Shown in pieces: positions 49,293 to 57,353 of a stretch of DNA of 64,000 nucleotides (its first letter is position 1; each line of letters starts with the position of its first letter). The position numbers were made by a program, and so were the translations under genes. This DNA is from a virus. The notes under the pieces are model-generated. The model ran no database searches and was not told where the DNA came from. It saw only the letters and a list, made by a program, of their open reading frames with translations. The stretch spans positions 32,001 through 96,000 of the IMG/VR virus record IMGVR_UViG_3300044695_004134. One strand, written 5' to 3'.

Positions 49293-49543
49293 TCTTCAAC
49301 TCCAAAATGTTTTTTAATATAATCCGCCGCAATGACAGGAGTGTGACCATAGTCAGTTTCAATTTCCACATACACATTAGGAAATAACCCAGCACATTTA
49401 CTGATAATCAACTCGGCGAACTTTTCCAACTCATAATCATATGAACATGACCAATCCACCACGGCATCAACTGGTGCGTGTTCCTCACCGTCCCACATTA
49501 GAAAACCGGCTTCATCGGCCAATTCTTTAATTAGTTTCTTCAT
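49289..49543 (-). CDS. MNERI/KFAELI/HFGVE microprotein family, copy 2
   Basis: LIKELADEAG...EKFAELIISKC...IKKHFGVEE. Confidence 0.8.
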   Translation of the reverse strand: MKKLIKELADEAGFLMWDGEEHAPVDAVVDWSCSYDYELEKFAELIISKCAGLFPNVYVEIETDYGHTPVIAADYIKKHFGVEE

Positions 49544-49770
49544 TTATAATCCTTACCAAAAATCTTCCTTTTGAATGCGGCAATTTCCATATCATCTTCA
49601 CGTTCAGCAATCACATTCATTTCAAACTCCGATGGATAATGACGGAGCAAAGACTTTGCATCCCTCCGAACGGATAGCGGCACACGTGGTGTTTTCTTTG
49701 GATCAAGTAGTGAGATAAGAAACTTTTCAGTTCGAATCACCGCATTGGTTCGTTCTATAGGTACAGTCAT
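49540..49770 (-). CDS. Conserved phage hypothetical protein
   Basis: MT.P.ERTNAV..FL..L.DPK.TPRVP..VR..A..LLRHYP. Confidence 0.7.
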   Translation of the reverse strand: MTVPIERTNAVIRTEKFLISLLDPKKTPRVPLSVRRDAKSLLRHYPSEFEMNVIAEREDDMEIAAFKRKIFGKDYK

Positions 49771-50198
49771 AGTTTTTCCACAATAATTTTATTTCCAAAA
49801 TCTTCACCAAATGAGATATTCTCATGGTAAACTTTCACTAGCCCTTTACGGGAGAGTCCTTCAATAGCAAGGAAACCACAGAATGAATTCATACGGAGTG
49901 TAATCCCATCAGCATCCTGTGATTGTTCGAGTCCTTCACCAGTGGCTAGCATCTCCGAAATCAATAGAATTTCCGAAAGGCGTGGGTTTTCCTCATTATC
50001 GGCAACCTTTAGTAGTGCGTCCACATCTGCATCAGTGAGGGACTTTAGAAAATCACCTGGTCGCATATAACCGGACTCAGAAAGGTCCATTGCCAGTGTA
50101 CGGGTAATGGGTAGAAAGTCCTTCTCCTTCATCACATTATCATATGAAATGACAATCGGACCGTCTTCAAAATCATTATCTTCAATTCGTTCGTTCAT
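49767..50198 (-). CDS. Hypothetical protein (begins with the MNERI block)
   Basis: Operon-coupled; starts ATGAACGAACGAAT. Confidence 0.6.
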   Translation of the reverse strand: MNERIEDNDFEDGPIVISYDNVMKEKDFLPITRTLAMDLSESGYMRPGDFLKSLTDADVDALLKVADNEENPRLSEILLISEMLATGEGLEQSQDADGITLRMNSFCGFLAIEGLSRKGLVKVYHENISFGEDFGNKIIVEKL

Positions 50199-50425
50199 AC
50201 AATTTTACCCAGAATTCCGTAAATTAATTCATCCAGTTCAGCCTGATAGTCTTTACCAATCCTACGCTTTTCATAGAGTGACTGGAGAATCATACGCATT
50301 TCATCACCATCAACAAAATTTAGATTATAGTCCTTACCCCGTTTTTCCAGTTCGGCAATAAGTGCATCATCGGAGAGTTCTTCAAGAATATCCTCAGAAT
50401 CAACATAGGTGTTTACGTACGGCAT
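50195..50425 (-). CDS. Hypothetical protein
   Basis: Operon-coupled ORF, AGGAG RBS. Confidence 0.6.
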   Translation of the reverse strand: MPYVNTYVDSEDILEELSDDALIAELEKRGKDYNLNFVDGDEMRMILQSLYEKRRIGKDYQAELDELIYGILGKIV

Positions 50426-50835
50426 TATGCATTCTCCTTTTCAGTGCAAAATTTAGTGAATTGAACCCATGGACCAGTAAACAGGTGCTCACGTCCCCAA
50501 CCAAAAACGGTGATACGGTCAGAGTAAATGTGATACTCATATTCTTGACCACAATCATCGGTTGAAATTGGGTAGAGATAGAAACCACCAGCACCAACTT
50601 TAAAATGTGCTACCAATTGGGCGGCTAAGCAACCCATGCCATTAGCCAGTTTCCGTGTATCACCAACAGGAATACCATTGGTGATGGCTTCAAACTGATT
50701 CAAGAATGCGGCAAGTTCGGAGCCATGACCAGTTGGGTAGCCGTCAAACTGTCGGTACATATTGATAATAGGCTCAGGACCAGTGGTAGAGCCATAATGG
50801 TCGGTGTAAACAAAAGTGAGTGAACGTGTACCCAT
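50425..50835 (-). CDS. Conserved phage hypothetical protein
   Basis: MGTRSLT, YRQFDGYP.GHG, NGMGCLAAQLVAHFK, EYEY. Confidence 0.7.
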   Translation of the reverse strand: MGTRSLTFVYTDHYGSTTGPEPIINMYRQFDGYPTGHGSELAAFLNQFEAITNGIPVGDTRKLANGMGCLAAQLVAHFKVGAGGFYLYPISTDDCGQEYEYHIYSDRITVFGWGREHLFTGPWVQFTKFCTEKENA

Positions 50836-50870
50836 GAGATTTCCTTTGGAGTTTGTTTGTGTATGTGTCT

Positions 50871-50899
50871 ATTGTACCAGAGTCCTTGGTACTTGGCAA
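50871..50899 (-). promoter_or_regulatory. Early promoter TTGCCA-17-TACAAT
   Basis: Direct match. Confidence 0.75.
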
Positions 50900-50914
50900 G
50901 TCAGCTAGAAGTAT

Positions 50915-51082
50915 TCACTTTTCGAATGATTCAATCCATGCAACCAGAACCTTCCTAGCTTCGGTGCGGGAAATACCGAATTCCGTTTCCAGATACGGTG
51001 CCGCACCCCACATATTGGTTTCACCAGAATCCCGTAGTGCAACGAGATAATCAAAATATTCTTTAGTTTGTTCGTCCATCAT
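50915..51082 (-). CDS. Small hypothetical protein (not in ORF track)
   Basis: MMDEQTKEYFDYLVALRDSGETNMWGAAPYLETEFGISRTEARKVLVAWIESFEK*. Confidence 0.65.
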   Translation of the reverse strand: MMDEQTKEYFDYLVALRDSGETNMWGAAPYLETEFGISRTEARKVLVAWIESFEK

Positions 51083-51297
51083 TCAACTCCAAAATGTTTC
51101 TTTACGTCTGCAATACACCTACGGACTTCCATGTCCTCACGGTTCAAATCACCCATGAATCGTTTTTGAAGGACGGAGATAGTTTCTTTAGCAATCAACT
51201 CGGCGAACTTTTCAGTAAATGTAGTTTGCCAAACTCCAGGTCCCCAGCCTTCGGCCAAAGCAGCCTCTCTAGCAAGTTTTTGAATTCGTTCGTTCAT
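51079..51297 (-). CDS. MNERI/KFAELI/HFGVE microprotein family, copy 3
   Basis: MNERIQKLAREA...EKFAELIAKE...KKHFGVE. Confidence 0.8.
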   Translation of the reverse strand: MNERIQKLAREAALAEGWGPGVWQTTFTEKFAELIAKETISVLQKRFMGDLNREDMEVRRCIADVKKHFGVE

Positions 51298-51509
51298 TCT
51301 TCAACTCCGAAATGTTGTTTAATTGATGTTTTGATGTTTTCTGCTTTGACAGACTGTCCCATATCATACTGGTCATATTCATCATCGTTGGATTCGTGCT
51401 CACATTGTTTTATACATTCACGCACAATCAACTCGGCGAACTTGTTAGAATCAAAACCACATTCAGTTTCTGATTGTTTCATTAGTTCTTTTAATAAAAT
51501 GTAGTTCAT
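51294..51509 (-). CDS. MNERI/KFAELI/HFGVE microprotein family, copy 4
   Basis: KFAELIVRECI...IKQHFGVEE. Confidence 0.8.
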   Translation of the reverse strand: MNYILLKELMKQSETECGFDSNKFAELIVRECIKQCEHESNDDEYDQYDMGQSVKAENIKTSIKQHFGVEE

Positions 51510-51778
51510 TCTTCAACTCCAAAATGTTTTTCAATCACGGCTATATTATCAACACATTGCATTGAGCAAATTTCATATTCCCCAGCCAACTGCCAATTGG
51601 CTTCTGTCGAATACAATTCAGAGAATCTTTCCGATTCGTTAAATAATACATCTCCACATTCGTGAATAATCGAGAGAGCGAATTTCTCTTTATCAAAAGT
51701 CACACGGTCAAAGCCATTATCCACACCATACTCAATGGTGGTAGCCTGTTCAATAAGTTCTTGTATTCGTTCGTTCAT
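51506..51778 (-). CDS. MNERI/KFAELI/HFGVE microprotein family, copy 5
   Basis: MNERIQELIEQA...EKFALSIIHEC...EKHFGVEE; GGAG RBS. Confidence 0.8.
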   Translation of the reverse strand: MNERIQELIEQATTIEYGVDNGFDRVTFDKEKFALSIIHECGDVLFNESERFSELYSTEANWQLAGEYEICSMQCVDNIAVIEKHFGVEE

Positions 51779-51789
51779 AATAATCTCCA

Positions 51790-52029
51790 TCAATATGGAT
51801 ATGCGGAGAAAGTTTTTGCATCTTCCAGAAGGCAGTATGATGCACGGTTCAAGAATGAATCATTCTTTCGATGGGAACGTGGACCACGGTAACGGATTTT
51901 GTATTTACCAGGGTAATACGACCGAAACTCATTCAGAAGATGAATTGGTATGTTAGTGAACACTGCGGCAGTATCTCTCCGTGACCAGAAACGGAAAACT
52001 TCATGCGCCATAATAATTCTCCATTTCAA
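51790..52029 (-). CDS. Hypothetical basic protein
   Basis: IRYRGPR motif; start probably MAHEV. Confidence 0.55.
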   Translation of the reverse strand: MKWRIIMAHEVFRFWSRRDTAAVFTNIPIHLLNEFRSYYPGKYKIRYRGPRSHRKNDSFLNRASYCLLEDAKTFSAYPY

Positions 52030-52143
52030 ATTTAGTAAAGTTTACATATTCTTGAGCATCAGAGAGAGTATAGAATGCTTCAAGAAAAGTACCAGAATAG
52101 AATACTTCATAGAAGATATCGAATTTTTTAGAGATATTAAACA

Positions 52144-52329
52144 TTATTCTTCCTCCTTCAGAGCAAACATTTTAGCACCTTCGTCCATAAAGACAGAAAA
52201 CGCTTCCATAGTCTTTTCAGAATAGACCATACGACCATGTTTCTGGATGTCCTGTAGGACTTCAAGAAAACCAATAGAGAGAAAATTCCGTTCCTTTTCG
52301 AGAATGGAGATAGCAGTAGTAATTTTCAT
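52144..52329 (-). CDS. Hypothetical early protein
   Basis: Start MKITTA after GAGG. Confidence 0.55.
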   Translation of the reverse strand: MKITTAISILEKERNFLSIGFLEVLQDIQKHGRMVYSEKTMEAFSVFMDEGAKMFALKEEE

Positions 52330-52530
52330 ATTAAACCTCATAAACAGTTTGTTCAAGACGGGGATAAACCGCTTGAAATGTCATTCCTTTAGTATTAGAA
52401 TAACGGAGTTTCAAGAATGCACGAACCTTAGAAACTGATTCAAAATAACCAGTAGCTTCAATGAATGAACCGTCAAAATAAACAGAGTATTGTTTCATAA
52501 AAAAGTCCTTGTTGCGAGTTGATATAGTGT

Positions 52531-52597
52531 ATTATACACGATCCGTAGAGAATGGCAACCTACTAGAAAAGTTCTCCATCCGTCCGGTCAAGTATTG
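52531..52597 (-). promoter_or_regulatory. Early promoter TTGCCA-16-TATAAT with AGTTCTCCATCC / CCGGTCAAGTATT boxes
   Basis: Direct match; boxes recur near 54.9-57.1 kb. Confidence 0.75.
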
Positions 52598-52724
52598 AGA
52601 AATAAGAATTTGAATAGATGGTAAAATATGGGAATTATAAAGATTGTCCACATGAATACAAAAAGAATAATGAAAATCCACTTGAACAGAGTGAGTATAA
52701 AGCCAAAAAAATCAAACATTTAAA

Positions 52725-52928
52725 TCACCTCTTATAGTGAACCGGACGCTCATAACGACCTTCAGAGTCTCGATAAACGGAGACATAATGACCGTGCTTT
52801 GAACCATCATCGAAAGTGTAAGAGAAGGTAGAATTATAGGAGAGTGGAGGGAAATTCAGTGCCCATGATTCCAATAATCCTTCAGATTCAAGAGCAGAAT
52901 TGAGGGTGGGAAAGAAGTTTTGTTTCAT
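52725..52928 (-). CDS. Hypothetical early protein
   Basis: F.TLN.ALESEGL, SVYRD..GRYERPVHY. Confidence 0.6.
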   Translation of the reverse strand: MKQNFFPTLNSALESEGLLESWALNFPPLSYNSTFSYTFDDGSKHGHYVSVYRDSEGRYERPVHYKR

Positions 52929-53164
52929 ACGAATAAATCTCCATAATATTCTTCATCAAAAGAATCAAAATCTTTTTGTATCCATTCAATAGTATAACCA
53001 GAAGAAGAATACTCAGAAGCCATTTTCTCCAACTCAGCAAGAGCCATAGAGGGAGAAAGTTTTCCAGAAGCCATCAGAGACAGGTTGGAGCAATGCATAA
53101 AGTTATTGGAATCTTTATGTGCGGAGACCTGAATGAATCGCTTGGGTGTGTTTGTGTGTGTCAT
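52925..53164 (-). CDS. Hypothetical early protein (probably leaderless, start MTHTNT)
   Basis: ATG 7 nt after TATAAT at 53172-77. Confidence 0.6.
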   Translation of the reverse strand: MTHTNTPKRFIQVSAHKDSNNFMHCSNLSLMASGKLSPSMALAELEKMASEYSSSGYTIEWIQKDFDSFDEEYYGDLFV

Positions 53165-53301
53165 GGATGGTATTATAGCGGTACTGGTAGGAATGGCAAT
53201 AGCATAGTTAACGGGTGTGACGAAAATACAACATGGAACATTGGAACGTGTTGGATGACCAATATGCAATATAGTGCATGTGGAGAAAGGTGTTGAGAAC
53301 C

Positions 53302-53321
53302 TGTGGATAAACTGTGGATAA
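53302..53321. promoter_or_regulatory. Two tandem consensus DnaA boxes (TGTGGATAA)
   Basis: Exact 9-mers at 53302-10 and 53313-21 in a non-coding region. Confidence 0.6.
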
Positions 53322-53658
53322 CTTTTGGGTGTCGCTGTATGTGTCGCAGGGTGTCGTGGGTGTTGGGTTGCTATTTAGTCTTAGTGTCTGGCTCTGAAAC
53401 GCCTGAAAATTTCACAGAGTGTCTCAGAGGTGACAGCACGTTTCCGCACGTTCCAGTGGGTTCCAGTGGGTTCCAGCACGGTTTGGAATGTTTTGCTCTG
53501 TGTGGGTGTCAGAATGTCTCAGAGTGGTGCTGGACGCCCATTGAAAAACCATCAGGCAGCCTCTACGTCCACCCCCAGTCTTGCTGTTCGAACCAATGGA
53601 TCCATTGTACTCTAAAAAAGACCACCTGGCAACCACCAGGTGTCTCATCTACGCAACA

Positions 53659-53886
53659 TCACTCCTCTTCGGAGAATCCTTCAATCAGCACTATCTGGTC
53701 CTCATAGTAGGACCTTTCCTCCTCCATGCACAGGTTACCCTCGACCTCGAACACCAGGTCCGTGGCCATCCTTTCGCCACAACCAGTGGAGGTCATCACG
53801 AATTTGATAATATCCTCGAATGCATCGCCATTGGTGATGCATGATTCAATATCGATAATCAAGTCTTTAAATTTGCTCATCATCAA
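53659..53886 (-). CDS. Hypothetical acidic early protein
   Basis: GAAAGG RBS; MSKFKDLIIDI. Confidence 0.55.
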   Translation of the reverse strand: MMMSKFKDLIIDIESCITNGDAFEDIIKFVMTSTGCGERMATDLVFEVEGNLCMEEERSYYEDQIVLIEGFSEEE

Positions 53887-54017
53887 CCTTTCAATTTAGT
53901 GTATACTGTACGGGCGGTGAATGTAATATCAGGAATGCGGTGCTCACGCCGTGCCAACCAATTCACCATATACTTCCAACCAAATGCTTGTGTGTTCGTC
54001 ATAATATCTCCTTTAAA

Positions 54018-54899
54018 TTAACCGCAGATGGTGTATTCTGCAAGGTCTTTCCACTTGGCACCAGCAGACTTGCGGATTTTAGTGGTCTGGATGAGTGTAC
54101 GGAGTGACAATTCTTTCACCTCATCTTGGAGGTTGTCAATCAGGTCCAGAGCATCGGACTTTTCAGTCTTTGAATACTCTGGCATAAACTCAGGAAGGGA
54201 CACCAGGTGGCGCATACGCTCCACTTTTTGCTCGGTTGTCATTGTCAGGTCAACAGCCATGGAACGGGTGATGATGGCTTGGTCCATCGAATCGGAGGAC
54301 AGGTTAGAGATAAACACCACCCGGCCCTTGAATTCAAAGGATTGTGGGAGTTCGTCATCCTTCATGTCTGCACGCCATGAAATCACACGGCGGGAGTAGG
54401 AGTCCAATGCACCTTTGAGCAGGTTCAAGGACACTGGATCCTTCAGCACGGAATCGCAGTCGTCAAAAACAACCACGCCGTCCTTGTTTTCATACAGTGT
54501 ACGGTACAGGCCTTTTGGAGTGGAGTAGCCCTTGATAACACGGTAGGACTTGGTGGTGTTGATTTTGCCACCGACCTCGAATTCATCCAGGAGGGTAACG
54601 TCCTTCATGCCGGCATCATTCAGTGCCTTGGTGACGGTGTGGGACTTGCCAAGGCCACCGGGACCAGATACAACCACCGAGGACTGGTCACCTTTCACCA
54701 ACATGGCGACCATGTCAGACACGAAACCGAACCGCTGGTTGATGGTGAAGCGGGACTCCTTCACATTGACAGGAGCACCACCGGTGGCACCTGTAGCCTT
54801 GCGGATCACATAGTCCATGTGTTCCTTTTTGGCACGCTTGACCACCTTGCCGTTGATGTTGGCCACGTATTTGCCACCTACGAACTTGACTTCAATCAT
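54018..54899 (-). CDS. P-loop ATPase (AAA-like)
   Basis: SGPGGLGKSH, LY..LYE, VVFDDCDSV, NLLKGALDS, FEFKGRVVFISN, SR. Confidence 0.8.
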   Translation of the reverse strand: MIEVKFVGGKYVANINGKVVKRAKKEHMDYVIRKATGATGGAPVNVKESRFTINQRFGFVSDMVAMLVKGDQSSVVVSGPGGLGKSHTVTKALNDAGMKDVTLLDEFEVGGKINTTKSYRVIKGYSTPKGLYRTLYENKDGVVVFDDCDSVLKDPVSLNLLKGALDSYSRRVISWRADMKDDELPQSFEFKGRVVFISNLSSDSMDQAIITRSMAVDLTMTTEQKVERMRHLVSLPEFMPEYSKTEKSDALDLIDNLQDEVKELSLRTLIQTTKIRKSAGAKWKDLAEYTICG

Positions 54900-54927
54900 A
54901 ATTTCCTTTTTTCTTTACAATGGTTGG

Positions 54928-54972
54928 ATTATACAGGTACCACTTAGAATGGCAACCAATACTTGACCGGAC
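54928..54972 (-). promoter_or_regulatory. Early promoter TTGCCA-16-TATAAT with AATACTTGACCGGA box
   Basis: Direct match. Confidence 0.75.
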
Positions 54973-54975
54973 AGG

Positions 54976-55263
54976 TCAACATTCAGGGTCAAAATCCGCC
55001 CACTCTTGGGCTTCGTCCGGCTGACCGTCATCCTCATCCTCGGACTCCATCTCATCCTCGGTGAGACCTTCCACGAAGGTGTCTTCCTCGGTCAAGGAAT
55101 CCACGTAGTCGTTAAAGGAGCACCGGTATGCCACCGGGTCGACCTCACGCAGGACCTCGGAAGCGGAATAGGTCATACCGCACAGTTCCACCGGACCTTC
55201 ACAGTCGTCCAGCATCTCATCAAACCATGCATAGGCGGTGCGCTCAGATATTAAACGGGACAT
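54976..55263 (-). CDS. Highly acidic early protein
   Basis: LREVDPVAYRC..DY.D; D/E-rich tail ending DGQPDEAQEWADFDPEC. Confidence 0.65.
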   Translation of the reverse strand: MSRLISERTAYAWFDEMLDDCEGPVELCGMTYSASEVLREVDPVAYRCSFNDYVDSLTEEDTFVEGLTEDEMESEDEDDGQPDEAQEWADFDPEC

Positions 55264-55295
55264 TTTCTTTCCTTTTCTTTCACAATATGGATTGG

Positions 55296-55348
55296 ATTAT
55301 ACAGGTTTCGGTAGGTTTGTCAACCAATACTTGACCGGATTGGTCAAG
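55296..55348 (-). promoter_or_regulatory. Early promoter TTGACA-16-TATAAT with AATACTTGACCGGATTGGTCAAG box
   Basis: Direct match. Confidence 0.78.
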
Positions 55349-55553
55349 AATCGAATTCGCAGGATTGAGTGTTGTACAGGTACAACGCCTCGCCCTCATT
55401 CAGGATGGCCGCCACTTCCATGGCTTCCTGTTCGGAATCAAATGATTCTATGGAGGTGCCCATGCGGACACCATTCACCAGTGGAGACCAGCGGACCACA
55501 CGGAAGTCCATGGTTTTGTCGTGGTATTCGGCGGTGTAGGTTTTGTTCATCAT
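55344..55553 (-). CDS. Hypothetical early protein (probably leaderless, start MMNKTY)
   Basis: ATG 7 nt after TAGAAT of a TTGCCA promoter (55561-88). Confidence 0.6.
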   Translation of the reverse strand: MMNKTYTAEYHDKTMDFRVVRWSPLVNGVRMGTSIESFDSEQEAMEVAAILNEGEALYLYNTQSCEFDS

Positions 55554-55677
55554 GTCGTGGATTCTACAGGTTCCAGCAGGTTTGGCAACCATGCTTGCAA
55601 TAGTCGACCAAAATGGTGGGTTATTAATATAACGCCCAGCCTCCGTGTCCACCCCAGTCCTGCTTTCGAATAGGTCC

Positions 55678-55780
55678 ATTATACCAGAACCAGCCGGTTT
55701 GGCAAGTAACCAAATAGTTCTCCATCCTTCCGGTGGGTCATTCCGAGGATGGTTGCCATTCTCGCTGGTTCTGGTATACT
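55678..55780. promoter_or_regulatory. Back-to-back divergent early promoters
   Basis: Minus: TTGCCA 55705-00, TATAAT 55683-78; plus: TTGCCA 55753-58, TATACT 55775-80. Confidence 0.78.
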
Positions 55781-55787
55781 CCGTTCC

Positions 55788-55988
55788 ATGATAAAATCAA
55801 TTCAACCAACCGACCGCAAGGTCCAAGCCCAATACCTGCTGGACGGTGTATTGGTTACAATTTGCAAGCCTGCCCGCCCCCGTAGGTCGGAACGGACTTG
55901 GTCGGCTGGTGCCAAGTATTCGGTTGCCAACCTTGGAGCCAAGGGTACCAACCTGCGGAATGCTGGCTTGAACCATGCCAAAGGTTGA
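55788..55988 (+). CDS. Hypothetical basic early protein (probably leaderless)
   Basis: ATG 7 nt after TATACT. Confidence 0.55.
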   Translation: MIKSIQPTDRKVQAQYLLDGVLVTICKPARPRRSERTWSAGAKYSVANLGAKGTNLRNAGLNHAKG

Positions 55989-56044
55989 CCAATCCGGTCA
56001 AGTATTCCAAGGATGGTTGCCATTCCCGCTGGTTCTGGTATAAT
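55985..56044 (+). promoter_or_regulatory. Early promoter TTGCCA-16-TATAAT with TTGACCAATCCGGTCAAGTATT box
   Basis: Direct match; box is the reverse complement of the one at 55326-47. Confidence 0.78.
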
Positions 56045-56074
56045 ACAGTCATACAATCAAGCAAAGGTCAAAAA

Positions 56075-56824
56075 ATGAATTTACTCTCCACTGGCAACCC
56101 TAAGGTCCTCAAAGGCATGGCTCAGGGTTACAATACCTACATCCTGCACCTCGCTCCAGCCGACCTGTCCGGTTATGAGACCTGCGCCAAGCGGACCAAA
56201 GGTTGCACGGTGGCATGCCTGAACCTCGCAGGACGTGGTGGCATGTTCAAAAAAGGTGAAACCACCAACGTTATCCAGCAGGCTCGAATCCGCAAAACCA
56301 AAATGTTTTTCCAAGACCGTGAGATATTCATGAGCCTTTTGGTCAAAGATATTGAATTGGCTATTAAACAATCCGCCAAAATCAATATGGTCCCAGTGAT
56401 TCGCCTTAATGGCACTTCGGACCTGGCCTTTGAAAAGTATGCCGCAGTCCGTAATGGTGTGGAATATAAAAACATTTTCATGGCATTCCCTGAATTACAA
56501 TTCTATGATTATACCAAGATTCTCGGCCGCAAAATCGCCGATTATCCAAACTATTCTCTGACATTCTCGGCAGCCGATGGTAATGATACGGACGTAGCCA
56601 AGGCAATTGCCCAAGGTTATAACGTGGCAGTGGTATTCGGTATTAAGAAAACCCTCCCAATGCCTGCCGATTATCTGAGTATGCCAGTTTTTAATGGCGA
56701 TGAGTCGGACCTCCGTTTTCTGGATCCAAAAGGCTCGATTATCGGCTTATATGCCAAAGGCAAAGCCAAAAAAGATACCACTGGTTTTGTAAAATACCCC
56801 GCCATTATGATGGCATCCGTTTAA
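56075..56824 (+). CDS. Gene product 88 (GP88)-like protein
   Basis: LHLAPA, C....GC...CL..AGRG, ARIRKT, IRLNGTSD, FP..QFYDYTK, NY.LTFS, GDESDLRFLD, GL.AKG.AKKD..GFV. Confidence 0.75.
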   Translation: MNLLSTGNPKVLKGMAQGYNTYILHLAPADLSGYETCAKRTKGCTVACLNLAGRGGMFKKGETTNVIQQARIRKTKMFFQDREIFMSLLVKDIELAIKQSAKINMVPVIRLNGTSDLAFEKYAAVRNGVEYKNIFMAFPELQFYDYTKILGRKIADYPNYSLTFSAADGNDTDVAKAIAQGYNVAVVFGIKKTLPMPADYLSMPVFNGDESDLRFLDPKGSIIGLYAKGKAKKDTTGFVKYPAIMMASV

Positions 56825-56840
56825 ACTGAAAGGAAACATT

Positions 56841-57062
56841 ATGTCCAAAATCAAGCTCCCATTTGAATGCATGGTTGGCACTGAAAATGAGGTTATAACC
56901 AATCCATTCTCAGGAGAATCCATTACATTATCTCCAGAGGCCGTGGCGGTATATGATACCATTATGGGTTGCCAAATGGTCGGTGATTATAAGAGAATGC
57001 AAAAAGGACTGGATTGGTTTCGCCGCCATTATGCCCGAGAATATATGGTCCTCCTGGATTGA
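56841..57062 (+). CDS. Hypothetical early protein
   Basis: GAAAGGA RBS; NPFSGES..L...AVAVYD.I.G, LDWFR. Confidence 0.65.
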   Translation: MSKIKLPFECMVGTENEVITNPFSGESITLSPEAVAVYDTIMGCQMVGDYKRMQKGLDWFRRHYAREYMVLLD

Positions 57063-57095
57063 TCCAGTACGTGGCTGGAGAACTAAGGTTCTAGG

Positions 57096-57124
57096 TTGCC
57101 ATTTTCACGCCCTTCCGCCATAAT
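57096..57124 (+). promoter_or_regulatory. Early promoter TTGCCA-17-CATAAT
   Basis: Direct match, upstream GGCTGGAGAACT box. Confidence 0.7.
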
Positions 57125-57155
57125 CCAATCCATGTTGAATTTGAAAGGAAACAAA

Positions 57156-57353
57156 ATGACAAATCAAGACTTGGCCAAGGCACTGGTGGCTGCCATTCAG
57201 GACCGCCAATTCGCCCGTGGCGAGGAACTCCACGCCGCCAACTCTTACACCGTTGGCTACCTTGAGGGTCTCATTGGTACACTCTGCCACCTCAGCCCCA
57301 AGGCTAAAAAAGAGGTTATGAGCACCTTGGTATACGTTTCGACCAACAAGTAA
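57156..57353 (+). CDS. Hypothetical early protein
   Basis: GAAAGGA RBS, start MTNQD. Confidence 0.6.
   Translation: MTNQDLAKALVAAIQDRQFARGEELHAANSYTVGYLEGLIGTLCHLSPKAKKEVMSTLVYVSTNK

Noticed and set aside
51718-51726. DnaA box TTATCCACA
   Set aside because: Single copy within a coding sequence; plausible by chance
48296-51778. Diversity-generating retroelement behind the variable microproteins
   Set aside because: No reverse transcriptase in the window; variable segments differ in length and throughout, not only at adenines
53440-53480. GTTCCAGTGG repeats as a mini CRISPR array
   Set aside because: Directly adjacent 10-bp units with no unique spacers
53303-53844. ORF-track ORFs across the DnaA-box region
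   Set aside because: No RBS, atypical Cys/Trp-rich composition, and overlap with a promoter and repeats; treated as non-coding
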